DNA of 64,000 nucleotides from Campylobacteraceae bacterium (GTDB lineage Bacteria; Campylobacterota; Campylobacteria; Campylobacterales; BB28): contig JADGEE010000001.1 of the NCBI GenBank assembly GCA_016744535.1, forward strand, positions 7,284-71,283, in the 5' to 3' direction. The notes beneath the pieces were generated by a model. It saw only the letters and a program-made list of their open reading frames with translations. It was not told where the DNA came from and ran no database searches. The translations under genes and the position numbers were made by a program. Shown one piece after another: positions 46,746-56,218 of this stretch. Position 1 is the first letter of the stretch; every line of letters starts with the position of its first letter.

Positions 46746-46940
46746 ATGAGTGAAACTCTAAAAGAGGTAGGGAAAAGTCTATTAGCATTAGCAAATTTAC
46801 TTATGGTTGTTTTATTCTTTAAACATCATCAAGAGACTAATGATATTTTATATTTTTATAAAGGTATTAGTTACGGAGTAGGTTTATATATAATAGGTGG
46901 TCTTTTAATATTGCTTGGTAAAGATTTGGAGGATATGTAA
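46746..46940 (+). CDS. 64-aa two-helix membrane protein
   Basis: Its ATG directly abuts the ymdB stop. Two hydrophobic helices. Confidence 0.5.
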   Translation: MSETLKEVGKSLLALANLLMVVLFFKHHQETNDILYFYKGISYGVGLYIIGGLLILLGKDLEDM

Positions 46941-47044
46941 TGGAATCTTTTTTTGAAATAGGAATAGTAGTAAATACAGTTATTGCAATTATTTTATTTA
47001 TAATTCACTTAAAAATAAAAAATAAGAAGAGGAATTTACATTGA
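46940..47044 (+). CDS. 34-aa single-TM peptide (MESFFEIGIVVNTVIAIILFIIHLKIKNKKRNLH)
   Basis: TAATG overlap with the previous ORF and a 4-nt overlap with the bioB TTG start. Below the ORF-track cutoff. Confidence 0.3.
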   Translation: MESFFEIGIVVNTVIAIILFIIHLKIKNKKRNLH

Positions 47045-47883
47045 AAAAAAAGATATTTTTATGTGCAATTAGTAATATTTCGAGTGGAACTTGTAAAGAG
47101 TATTGTAAATTTTGTACTCAAAGCACAAAGCATAAAACTAATATAGATAGATATTATCAAAAGCCAATAGATGAAATTATAAAAGAGGCAAAATTAGCAA
47201 AACAAAATGGAGCAATCGGATTTTGTTTAGTAACTGCTGGAAAAGGTCTTGATGATAAAAAACTTGAATTTGTTTGTAAAAGTGCAAAAGCTGTTCGTGA
47301 TGAGGTTGGAGAGGATTTTAATTTAATCGCTTGTAATGGAACTGCTACTATTGAGCAAATCAAAGAGTTAAAAAAAGCCTCTATTAATAGTTATAATCAT
47401 AATTTAGAGACTTCAAAAGAGTATTACAATCAAATTTGCACAACTCATTCGTGGGAAGAAAGATTTCAAACTTGTTTAAATATTAAAGAAGTTGGACTTC
47501 ATTTATGTAGTGGTGGAATTTATGGAATGGGTGAATCACAAGCTGATAGAGTTAGTTTAATTAAATCTCTAAAAGAGTTAAAAGTTGATTCAACTCCTGT
47601 AAATTTTTATCACCCAAATGAAGCATTACCAATTAAAGCAAATAATATTAGTATAGATAAAGCTTTTGAAATTATAGAGTATGTAAAAAGTGAATTAAAT
47701 GAAGCTATGATAATGGTTGCTGGTGGGAGAGAATTTATGTTTAAAGATAGACAGAGTGAAATTTTTGATTATGGAATTACTTCTATTGTGATAGGTGATT
47801 ATTTAACTACAAAAGGCGAAAGTATCAAGAGAGATAAAGATATGCTAGATAGTTTAAATTTAGAGATAGCTACGAGTTGTTAA
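47041..47883 (+). CDS. bioB: biotin synthase (radical SAM)
   Basis: CKEYCKFC (CxxxCxxC) and YNHNLETS. Collinear with BioB. TTG start. Confidence 0.9.
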   Translation: MKKKIFLCAISNISSGTCKEYCKFCTQSTKHKTNIDRYYQKPIDEIIKEAKLAKQNGAIGFCLVTAGKGLDDKKLEFVCKSAKAVRDEVGEDFNLIACNGTATIEQIKELKKASINSYNHNLETSKEYYNQICTTHSWEERFQTCLNIKEVGLHLCSGGIYGMGESQADRVSLIKSLKELKVDSTPVNFYHPNEALPIKANNISIDKAFEIIEYVKSELNEAMIMVAGGREFMFKDRQSEIFDYGITSIVIGDYLTTKGESIKRDKDMLDSLNLEIATSC

Positions 47884-47893
47884 GAGATTTAAA

Positions 47894-48013
47894 ATGTTAA
47901 AAATAGATGAACTTAAAAATTTTGGAGTAATTGAGAGTATAGAAGAGCCAATAGAGTTAAAAGATTTAACTATTTTTATGGGTGATAATTCATCAGGTAG
48001 GAGTTATTTATAA
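47894..48013 (+). pseudogene. 39-codon N-terminal remnant of a P-loop (AAA/OLD/ABC-like) ATPase
   Basis: MLKIDELKNFGVIESIEEPIELKDLTIFMGDNSSGRSYL then a stop. This matches the usual I..L.I.NF..I......L..LTV..G.N.SGKS start of such ATPases, but has GRS instead of GKS and ends right after the Walker A. Confidence 0.4.
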
Positions 48014-48055
48014 AAGGTAAAATTCAGAATTTGAAATGTTTTTTTATTAGAAAAA

Positions 48056-48826
48056 CTAACTAGCTAAGACCCTATTAATTTTATTAATATAGCATTTTAA
48101 AATTTGATCTTTATCATTATTAGATATATTATTTAATTCTTTAGTTCTACAATCTAATCCAATTGTATTAAAAGAATATTTTTTAATTAAATCAACACCT
48201 TTTTTAGCTAAATCTAAAGAGGCTCTTTGTAGATGAGATGTTGATTTTTTTACGCCATCTTCTATACAATTTTTATCAGATAAAAATAAATGACTCATTG
48301 AATGATAAAACTCTTGATATGAACTAAATAATATTACCATATATTCATTATATAATTTTTTATCAACAGGTTTTTTATGATTTATTAACTTTTTAATTAA
48401 ATCTTGAATTAAAATATCCATAGAAATAAATAATTCAAAATTGCTATTCCAATTATTTTCTATTCCTTTATCTACTTTTAAAATAGAAGCTTTAATAGAT
48501 GGGATTATTAATTTATTATCCATTTCTTTGATAAGATTTTCAAGCAAGTTTTCAGTTTTTTTAAAAATACTCTTATCATTAATACTACTAAGGTTTATTT
48601 TATTTTCTATTTCAATTATATATAAACTAGATATTTTATTTATTGTATTAATTATTTTCGAGTTAGTAGCAACATTACCACGAGTAATATAAAGTTCTTT
48701 GTATAAATTATAATATATCCCAAAAAACTGTAAGTCAGGAGCAATTAAGTAAGATTTATAATTACTTAAAATAATTAGGCATTTATTATAATGCCTAATT
48801 TGAAAGGTCTTTAAATAATTTAGCAT
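48056..48826 (-). CDS. 256-aa hypothetical helical protein (downstream gene of a two-gene module)
   Basis: Start and stop overlap with the 76-aa gene at 48826. No motif I can assign. The C-terminal TSHLQRASLDLAKKG block is noted. Confidence 0.5.
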   Translation of the reverse strand: MLNYLKTFQIRHYNKCLIILSNYKSYLIAPDLQFFGIYYNLYKELYITRGNVATNSKIINTINKISSLYIIEIENKINLSSINDKSIFKKTENLLENLIKEMDNKLIIPSIKASILKVDKGIENNWNSNFELFISMDILIQDLIKKLINHKKPVDKKLYNEYMVILFSSYQEFYHSMSHLFLSDKNCIEDGVKKSTSHLQRASLDLAKKGVDLIKKYSFNTIGLDCRTKELNNISNNDKDQILKCYINKINRVLAS

Positions 48827-49056
48827 TAATACCCTAAATTATCAGCTAATTTTTGCAATTCAGAAGAATTATTCATAGCAAATACATTCCCTCTGCCTAT
48901 AACATTACCTTCGAATATCTGAAACTCACTGATTTTACAACTATCAGTAACTATTCTAAAGTCTTCTTCTTTATGAATATTTTTCAAAGCCTTTAGAACT
49001 TCTGCTCTAGCTTCTTTCCCTTGAACTTTTTGTTCTATAAAGTCACTATTTTTCAT
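48826..49056 (-). CDS. 76-aa hypothetical protein (upstream gene of the two-gene module)
   Basis: It is preceded by paired inverted-repeat boxes at 49116-49150. Confidence 0.5.
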   Translation of the reverse strand: MKNSDFIEQKVQGKEARAEVLKALKNIHKEEDFRIVTDSCKISEFQIFEGNVIGRGNVFAMNNSSELQKLADNLGY

Positions 49057-49115
49057 TTACCTACACACCTAAAATTTTAGTATTACCAAAAATAATATTC
49101 TAAATTTACTTAATA

Positions 49116-49150
49116 AATACTTAATTAGTATTTTAATACTTATTAGGTAT
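49116..49150. promoter_or_regulatory. two adjacent imperfect palindromes, AATACTTAATTAGTATT and AATACTTATTAGGTAT (candidate operator)
   Basis: Located at 49116-49132 and 49135-49150, 60-95 nt upstream of the 76-aa gene start on the minus strand. Confidence 0.35.
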
Positions 49151-49269
49151 ACATAAAGTATTCCAAAAATAAATAATAATATTAAAGATTTTAATTTTGA
49201 AAAAATCGAATTTAGCAAAACTATAAGTATTTAAAATATATAATAAAAAAAATTAAAGAGTAAAAATAT

Positions 49270-49962
49270 ATGTTTAATTGCAAAAAATTAGAAATATTTC
49301 ATAAAGACAATAAATTAGTAGATATAAATTTTAAAATTAAAGAGTCTTTAGCTTTAGTTGGAGAGAGTGGAAGTGGTAAAAGTTTAACACTAAAGAGTAT
49401 TTTAGGGCTTTTACCAAATAGCTTTAAATATAACTTTGATTATGATAATAGTTTTGAGTTAAAGAGAGGTGAGACTATCACATTTGTGCCTCAAAATCCA
49501 TTTACATCTCTTTCTCCTTTAACGAAGATAAGAAAACAATTTTTGATGGAAAAAAGTATTGCAAAAAAAAATTTAGAGTTAGTTGGCTTAAAATTAGAGT
49601 TTTTAGATAGGTTTCCATCTGAGCTTAGTGGGGGACAACTTCAAAGAGTAATAATTGCTATGAGTTTAACTCCAAATGTGAAACTTATGTTACTTGATGA
49701 GCCAACAACTGCACTAGATATTGATAGTAAAACTATGATACTTAATTTACTCAAAACTTTACAAAAAAAATTTAAATTTAAAATTTTATTCGTAACTCAC
49801 GATATAGATAGTGTTAAAAGTTTATGTGAAGATATAGCTGTATTAAATAATGGAATTATAGTTGAAAGTGGAAATTTGAATAAAATTTTAGAAAATCCAC
49901 AAAATGAATATACAAAAAAACTGATTGAAGCAAATTTTAAAAACAGGGGTTTTAGAGAGTGA
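49270..49962 (+). CDS. ABC transporter ATP-binding protein (Dpp/Opp-type), no permease adjacent
   Basis: Walker A GESGSGKS. Signature LSGGQLQR. Walker B LLDEPT. Confidence 0.85.
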   Translation: MFNCKKLEIFHKDNKLVDINFKIKESLALVGESGSGKSLTLKSILGLLPNSFKYNFDYDNSFELKRGETITFVPQNPFTSLSPLTKIRKQFLMEKSIAKKNLELVGLKLEFLDRFPSELSGGQLQRVIIAMSLTPNVKLMLLDEPTTALDIDSKTMILNLLKTLQKKFKFKILFVTHDIDSVKSLCEDIAVLNNGIIVESGNLNKILENPQNEYTKKLIEANFKNRGFRE

Positions 49963-51887
49963 AAATTTTATTTACTATATTTTTTTTATCTATTATAGGA
50001 GTTTCAGGCGTACTTTTATATTTTTATAATGAAGTTAGGTTTGAGGCTGAAAAGTTAATTCATTATACACCACCACTCACAACTCAAATTTTAGATAAAA
50101 ATGGAAAATTAATTTCAAATCTATTTGAAAATGAGAACAGATTATATGCTAAATTTGATGAGATTCCCTCACGTGTAATTGAAGCTCTTTTAGCGATTGA
50201 AGATACTATGTTTTTTGAGCATTATGGAGTTAATTTTGATGCTATTCTAAGGGCTATAATTAAAGATGTAAAAGCTGGAAAATTAGTTGAGGGAGCTAGT
50301 ACACTAACTCAACAGTTAATTAAAACAACACTTTTAACTAGAGAAAAAAAAATTTCAAGAAAAATAAAAGAGTTAATTTTAGCTATAAGTGTTGAGAGTT
50401 CATTAACTAAAGAGGATATTTTAGAGAGATATTTAAATCAAATATATTTTGGTCACGGTTATTATGGAATCAAAACTGCATCTAATGGTTATTTTCATAA
50501 AGAGTTAAATGAACTAACTTTAAAAGAGATGTGTTTATTAGTTGGACTTCCAAAAGCTCCAAGTTTTTATGACCCAACTAAAAATTTAGATTTTTCATTA
50601 AGTAGGGCTAATAGAGTCTTATTTAGAATGCACCATTTAGGTTGGATAAATGATGATGAGTTTAACAAATCTCTAAAAGAATCACCTATGATTTATGATG
50701 AGACATTAACAAGAAATAGTGCTCCTTATGTTGTAAATGAAGTTATCAAAAAATTGATAAAAAATTATCCAGATTTAAAGAGCGGTGGATATAGAGTTTA
50801 TACAACTATTGATTTAAATTTGCAATATAGTGCAAGAGAAGCATTAAAATTTAGTTATGATGCTATTAAAGAGAGAGATAAAAAAAATAAATATTCAAAA
50901 CAATTAAATGGAGCATTAGTTGCATTAGAAAATTCAACTGGAAATGTTTTAGCTTTAGTTGGTGGAGTTGATTATAAAAAAAGTAATTTTAATCGTGCCA
51001 CCCAAAGTAATAGGCAACCTGGAAGTAGTTTTAAGCCATTTATTTATCAAAGTGCCTTAGATTTAGGTTACTCTCCAATTTCAGCAATTGCAGATATTTC
51101 AAGAACTTATAAATTTAAAACAGATGATAATAAGGAAAAAATTTGGCAACCTAAAAACTATGAAAAAGATTTTAAAGGTTTAATTACTTTAAGAGAAGCG
51201 ATGGTTCACTCACGAAACTTAGCTACAATTAACTTAGTTGAAGCAATAGGACTTAGTAACTTATATGATAAATTAACTAAAGATTATGAGTTTGAAAATA
51301 TTCCATCAAATTTATCAATTTCACTTGGAAGTTTTGGAATATCTCCACTAAAACTTGCAGAAGCTTATACAGCTTTTTCAAATTATGGTACAAAAAAAGA
51401 AGCTAAATTAATTGAAGCAATAGAAAATAGATATACTCAAAGAAAAGAGTTTAGTACTACTTCAAAAAAAATAACAGATCCAAAACAAGCCTTTTTGATG
51501 GTTTCAATTTTAAAAGATGTAGTTAAAAGTGGAACTGGAAGAAATGCAAAAGTAAAGGGGCTTGAGATTGCAGGAAAAACAGGAACTAGTAATAATAATG
51601 TAGATGCTTGGTTTTGTGGTTTTTCTCCAAGTATTGAGTGTATTGTTTGGTTTGGAAATGATGATAATACTCCAATGAAAAAATTTGAGACAGGAGGTCG
51701 AGCTGCCGCCCCTGCTGTTGGATACTTCTTTAAAAAATTAGTAGAGACTTATCCTCAAATTAAGAGAAAGTTTGATATACCTAAAGGTGTAATAACTTCA
51801 AAAGTAGGAGGCAAAGATGAGTATTTTACTGAAACTTCAAAACCACCTACTACAAAAATTGAAGAAACAGATGAGCTTATTTTTTAA
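49959..51887 (+). CDS. mrcA: bifunctional penicillin-binding protein 1A (glycosyltransferase GT51 + transpeptidase)
   Basis: EDTMFFEHYGV and GASTLTQQ (GT51). SSFKP (SxxK), SRN and KTGT (transpeptidase). GTG start overlapping the ABC gene stop. Confidence 0.95.
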   Translation: MKILFTIFFLSIIGVSGVLLYFYNEVRFEAEKLIHYTPPLTTQILDKNGKLISNLFENENRLYAKFDEIPSRVIEALLAIEDTMFFEHYGVNFDAILRAIIKDVKAGKLVEGASTLTQQLIKTTLLTREKKISRKIKELILAISVESSLTKEDILERYLNQIYFGHGYYGIKTASNGYFHKELNELTLKEMCLLVGLPKAPSFYDPTKNLDFSLSRANRVLFRMHHLGWINDDEFNKSLKESPMIYDETLTRNSAPYVVNEVIKKLIKNYPDLKSGGYRVYTTIDLNLQYSAREALKFSYDAIKERDKKNKYSKQLNGALVALENSTGNVLALVGGVDYKKSNFNRATQSNRQPGSSFKPFIYQSALDLGYSPISAIADISRTYKFKTDDNKEKIWQPKNYEKDFKGLITLREAMVHSRNLATINLVEAIGLSNLYDKLTKDYEFENIPSNLSISLGSFGISPLKLAEAYTAFSNYGTKKEAKLIEAIENRYTQRKEFSTTSKKITDPKQAFLMVSILKDVVKSGTGRNAKVKGLEIAGKTGTSNNNVDAWFCGFSPSIECIVWFGNDDNTPMKKFETGGRAAAPAVGYFFKKLVETYPQIKRKFDIPKGVITSKVGGKDEYFTETSKPPTTKIEETDELIF

Positions 51888-52488
51888 GACTCTGCTTTTA
51901 ATATTTTTTATCTTTAATTTAAGTGCAGATGATAAAAATCTTTACTACTTTTTAAAGACAGATAAAGTCAGCCTAAGAGTTTCAAATCAAGCCCAAAAAG
52001 AGATATATGTAAATACTTTAGATATTGAAAGGTTTGACCACGAAATTCCACTAAAATTAAATAAAGATAATTTTGATTTAGTAGAAACTGCTCAAATTCA
52101 AAATAATTTAGGATTTGATATTTCGCTTACTAAAGATTTGATTCTATCTAGTACATATAATTACAATATTAATGAGCTTAGAATTAAAGAGGAAATTTCA
52201 GATATTAAGTTAGAACAAGCTTATAAAAAAGTTTTAGTTGCACTAAAATATGAGATGGCAAAAACCACTGATATGGTAAATAAGGGCAATAAGTTAGATA
52301 GTGATACATATTCAATTATTTTTAATAACAAACCTCACGATAGCTCAATTAATAAAAAAATTAAACTACAAGTTGATTGGATAAAGAGCAATACAAATTT
52401 TAAATTTAGTGATGCAACATTTTTAAAAGCTGGATATAGAGGTGGAAATTTAAGACTTGAATTAAATGTTAGATTTGCAAGGGATTAA
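51871..52488 (+). CDS. secreted hypothetical protein
   Basis: The in-frame ATG at 51871 gives the signal-like N-terminus MSLFFKTLLLIFFIFNLSA. The longer TTG-less extension from 51817 overlaps the PBP1A end. Confidence 0.5.
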   Translation: MSLFFKTLLLIFFIFNLSADDKNLYYFLKTDKVSLRVSNQAQKEIYVNTLDIERFDHEIPLKLNKDNFDLVETAQIQNNLGFDISLTKDLILSSTYNYNINELRIKEEISDIKLEQAYKKVLVALKYEMAKTTDMVNKGNKLDSDTYSIIFNNKPHDSSINKKIKLQVDWIKSNTNFKFSDATFLKAGYRGGNLRLELNVRFARD

Positions 52489-52586
52489 ATAAATATTAAA
52501 TAATTTTTGTAAATTTTAAAAATATCATTTTTTTTACACACTTGTTTGATAAAATAAAGTCTCATTAATTAAAAAAGGAGATTTTT

Positions 52587-54371
52587 ATGTTATCAAATAA
52601 GATTAAAGTAGGAGCAATTGCTCTAAGCCTCTCGCTAATTCCTCTATTAGCAGATTATTCAAATCAAGCAGATAGTAAAATTTTAAGTAGTAAAAAGATA
52701 GTTTCAGATTCTATTGCAAAAGCAGTTACACTAAATCAAGGATGGGATTGGGAAACTCAACAAAATTTTTGGTTTACAACTCAAGGTTCTAGGTTTATGC
52801 CTTATAATTGGTTTTTATGGTTAGAACAAGAAAATTCAACTGAACTATTTAGAAGTCCTAAAAATATGGAAAGATATAAATATATTCCTCAAAAACCAAC
52901 TAAAATAAATCCTCATGGATTACCTATTGGATTTGTTAAAGATATAAATAAGGAAAATAAAAAAGATAAATGGGTGGGGCTTACATGTTCTGCTTGTCAT
53001 ACAGGACAAGTAAATTATGGCGAAACCGCTATGGTAATTGATGGTGCACCAACTATGGCAGATTTTCAAACATTTTTTAAAGATTTAGAAAAATCTATGA
53101 AAGAGACTCAAAATAATGATACTAAATTTAAAAGATTTAGTATAAATGTACTTGGTGAAAATTATAGTGATGAGAAAGCAAAAAATCTTAAAAGTAGATT
53201 TTTTAAAATTACTAACTCTATATCAGATAGAAATAAATTAAATGAAACAAAAAATCCTTATGGGTTTGCTAGAGTTGATGCTTTTGGACAAATTTTTAAT
53301 ATGGTTTCAGCCCATGATTTAGGAGTTGCACAAAATAAAGCAGAACCTAATGCACCAGTTTCATATCCATTTTTATGGGATACTCCACAATCTAATTTAG
53401 TTCAATGGAATGGACTTTTATCTAATAGCGGAATTGGCCCACTTGGTAGAAATATAGGAGAAGTTTTAGGTGTATTTGGAACACTAGATATTATTCCAGG
53501 AAGTTTTACAGGTTATCCATCTTCAGCAAAAATTAAAAATTTAAATGCTTTAGAGAAGTGGGTTCAAGGACTTTGGTCACCAAAATGGCCAGAAAATTAT
53601 TTAGGTGAAATAGATTTAGTTAAAGCTAAAAGAGGAGAAGAGCATTATAATAACAGTTGTCTATCATGTCACTCTATTATAGATAGAACTAGTCCTGATA
53701 GAAGAGTTAATGTAACTATGGTTGGATTAAAAGATATTGGAACTGACCCAAATATGGCAATTAATGCTGGGAGACAAGGAAGTACAGATAAACTTGATGG
53801 TAAGCCAATAAGTAATATAGAGTATCTATTATCTGGCGAATTAAAAGAGAGTAATACTTTTAAAGCAAAAGATTTTAAAGCATTTATTTTAGCAAATGCG
53901 GTTGAGGGTGCTATGGTTAGAGGCTTATTAGAACATTCAAATATTCCTATAGATAACCTTAAAAGCACTAATATTGAAGATTTAAAAAAAGAGTTACAAA
54001 AACTTATGGTAGCTACTTTAAATGAAGTAGATAATTTAAAAATTGCAAAAAGCGATTTTAATCCTATCGCAACACCATCATATAAAGCTCGTTCATTAAA
54101 TGGTATTTGGGCAACCGCTCCATATCTGCATAATGGTGCAATTCCAAATATGTGGGAATTATTGAAACCGTCTAATAAAAGAGTTAAATCATTTTATGTT
54201 GGAAGTAGAGAGTTTGACCCTAAACATATTGGGTTTGATATGAAAAAAGATAAAGAGGCTTCTAAATTTGATACAACACTTTATAATAACTCAAATTTTG
54301 GTCATGACTATGGAGTTGATTTAAGTAAAAAACAAAAATGGGAATTAATGGAGTTTTTAAAAACACTTTAA
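52587..54371 (+). CDS. periplasmic di-haem c-type cytochrome, large CCP/MauG/RoxA-like family (tentative)
   Basis: Signal peptide. Two CxxCH motifs (CSACH, CLSCH) about 230 aa apart. AAGGAG SD. Confidence 0.65.
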   Translation: MLSNKIKVGAIALSLSLIPLLADYSNQADSKILSSKKIVSDSIAKAVTLNQGWDWETQQNFWFTTQGSRFMPYNWFLWLEQENSTELFRSPKNMERYKYIPQKPTKINPHGLPIGFVKDINKENKKDKWVGLTCSACHTGQVNYGETAMVIDGAPTMADFQTFFKDLEKSMKETQNNDTKFKRFSINVLGENYSDEKAKNLKSRFFKITNSISDRNKLNETKNPYGFARVDAFGQIFNMVSAHDLGVAQNKAEPNAPVSYPFLWDTPQSNLVQWNGLLSNSGIGPLGRNIGEVLGVFGTLDIIPGSFTGYPSSAKIKNLNALEKWVQGLWSPKWPENYLGEIDLVKAKRGEEHYNNSCLSCHSIIDRTSPDRRVNVTMVGLKDIGTDPNMAINAGRQGSTDKLDGKPISNIEYLLSGELKESNTFKAKDFKAFILANAVEGAMVRGLLEHSNIPIDNLKSTNIEDLKKELQKLMVATLNEVDNLKIAKSDFNPIATPSYKARSLNGIWATAPYLHNGAIPNMWELLKPSNKRVKSFYVGSREFDPKHIGFDMKKDKEASKFDTTLYNNSNFGHDYGVDLSKKQKWELMEFLKTL

Positions 54372-54389
54372 TTTTATAGTGAGTTGGGC

Positions 54390-55037
54390 TTATTTTACTA
54401 AAAGCTCAACTCCCCTAAATCCAATATAAAATCCATAAAAAATTATTGTAATAGATGCTAACTTTATCATTAAATTTCTAAAGTGACCTCCTTTTAAAAA
54501 ACTTACAAAAAAGCCCATAGAGAGTAATATTGGAATAGTTGAAAGCCCAAAAATTAGCATTACAACTCCACCCCAAAGTGCTGAAGTTGTCGCTATGGCT
54601 GAAGCTATGAAAAAATAGACCATTCCACAAGGAATAAAACCATTTAACGATCCTAATAGATAAAAACTAAATCTACTTTTAGAGTGAATTAATTTTGAAA
54701 AAGCTTTTTTAAATAGTCCATTTTTTTCAATTGAAAACTCAATAGAGTTTAAAAAACCAAGTTTTCCCATTAATGAAATTCCCATTAAAATCATAAAAAT
54801 AGCAATAATTATTAATAAAACCCCTTTTGTGAGTGCTGAAAGGCTAAATATAGTTCCAATCAATCCAAAAACTACACCTAAAATAATATAAGATGTAACT
54901 CTTCCAAAGTTATAAAGTAAATGTGAAAAGAGTTGATTAAATCTATTTGATTTATCATCAATTTTAGCACTACTATAAGCTACAATAAAACCTCCACACA
55001 TTCCTATACAATGCCCTAAACTTCCCAAAAAAGCCAC
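54390..55037 (-). CDS. polytopic membrane protein, DsbD_2 / TauE-SafE / UreH-like family
   Basis: N-terminal GSLGHCIGMCGG motif and about 6 TM helices. GTG start in the track. The true start may lie up to 11 codons upstream (in-frame IETIDFIGIIT) but has no canonical start codon. Confidence 0.65.
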   Translation of the reverse strand: MAFLGSLGHCIGMCGGFIVAYSSAKIDDKSNRFNQLFSHLLYNFGRVTSYIILGVVFGLIGTIFSLSALTKGVLLIIIAIFMILMGISLMGKLGFLNSIEFSIEKNGLFKKAFSKLIHSKSRFSFYLLGSLNGFIPCGMVYFFIASAIATTSALWGGVVMLIFGLSTIPILLSMGFFVSFLKGGHFRNLMIKLASITIIFYGFYIGFRGVELLVK

Positions 55038-55081
55038 TGTAATTATTCCAATAAAATCAATAGTTTCTATTTTTTTCTCCT

Positions 55082-56218
55082 CTAATTTTTCAAAAAATTT
55101 TTATAAATAGCTAAATATTTATCCACTACAACTTTTACATCAAACTCATTAATAGCCTTTATTCTGCCATTTTTTCCAAATTTATCTCTCAATTTTTTAT
55201 CATTTATTAAAATTTCTGTTTTATCTGCTAAATCTCCACTATCACATAATTTAACTAAAAAGCCATTTATATTATTAACAACAACTTCACGACACCCTAT
55301 TGTATCAGTTGTTACAATTGCTTTTGCCATTGAAGTTGCTTCAAGAAGAGTTCTAGGCACACCCTCACGATAACTAGGAAGTACAAATATATCACAAATA
55401 GAAATTAACTCTTTTATATCATTTCTCTCATTTAACCAAATTACATTATTATTATTTTCTAAAAACTCTTTTGGTACGGCTGAATGATTACCGCTATCAA
55501 CTCCACCAACTAAATAAAATTTTACATTTTTATACTTATCTTTTATAATTTTTGCACTCTCATAATACTCTTTTATCCCCTTATGCCAAATAGCTCTAGC
55601 CACCATTAAAATTATAACCTCATCTTTTAAATTTAACTCTTGTTTTAATTTTATATTTGGCTCACTTGGACTAAAAAAATCAGTATCAACCCCACTACTT
55701 TTAACTAAAAAAGCTTTTGATTTATCTAAAATATCTGCCTCTACAAAATAATTTAAATCATCACTATTTTGAAAAATAACTCCTGTGACTCTCTTAAAAG
55801 AGAATTTATAAAGTTTTTCAATTATAAATTTAACAATTTTAGCTTTTAATGAAGTATCTATATAAAAACTCCCCATTCCTGTAATTGTAGAAAAAACTTC
55901 AGGCACTTTTGCAAAGCTTCCAGCAATTGCTCCATAAATATTTGGCTTTATTGTAAATGCGTGAAGAATATCAAGTTTTAGGGGTTTTATAACATCATAA
56001 ATATGTTTAATGGTAACAAATTCTCTAAATGGATTTAAACTTTTTCGCTCAATTTTATACTCTATTGTCTCAATTCCGTGTTCACTGAATTTATCAAAAA
56101 ATTTACCTTTTGGAATTACGGCATAAACTTTATGCCCCTCTTTGACTAACTTTTGCATAATTGGCAATCGAAATAGGTATAAATTAAAATCTACATGACT
56201 TAAAAATGCTATTTTCAA
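55082..56218 (-). CDS. glycosyltransferase family 4 (GT-B, RfaG/WbuB-like)
   Basis: The C-terminal PSYREGVPRTLLEATSMAKAIVTTD...E block is typical of GT4. TTG start. Confidence 0.85.
   Translation of the reverse strand: MKIAFLSHVDFNLYLFRLPIMQKLVKEGHKVYAVIPKGKFFDKFSEHGIETIEYKIERKSLNPFREFVTIKHIYDVIKPLKLDILHAFTIKPNIYGAIAGSFAKVPEVFSTITGMGSFYIDTSLKAKIVKFIIEKLYKFSFKRVTGVIFQNSDDLNYFVEADILDKSKAFLVKSSGVDTDFFSPSEPNIKLKQELNLKDEVIILMVARAIWHKGIKEYYESAKIIKDKYKNVKFYLVGGVDSGNHSAVPKEFLENNNNVIWLNERNDIKELISICDIFVLPSYREGVPRTLLEATSMAKAIVTTDTIGCREVVVNNINGFLVKLCDSGDLADKTEILINDKKLRDKFGKNGRIKAINEFDVKVVVDKYLAIYKNFLKN

Noticed and set aside
54372-54420. Hairpin GAGTTGGGC...GCTCAACTC between convergent genes as a bidirectional terminator
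   Set aside because: One arm is inside the coding end of the membrane-protein gene, the loop is 14 nt, and no U-tract follows on either strand. I left it uncalled.
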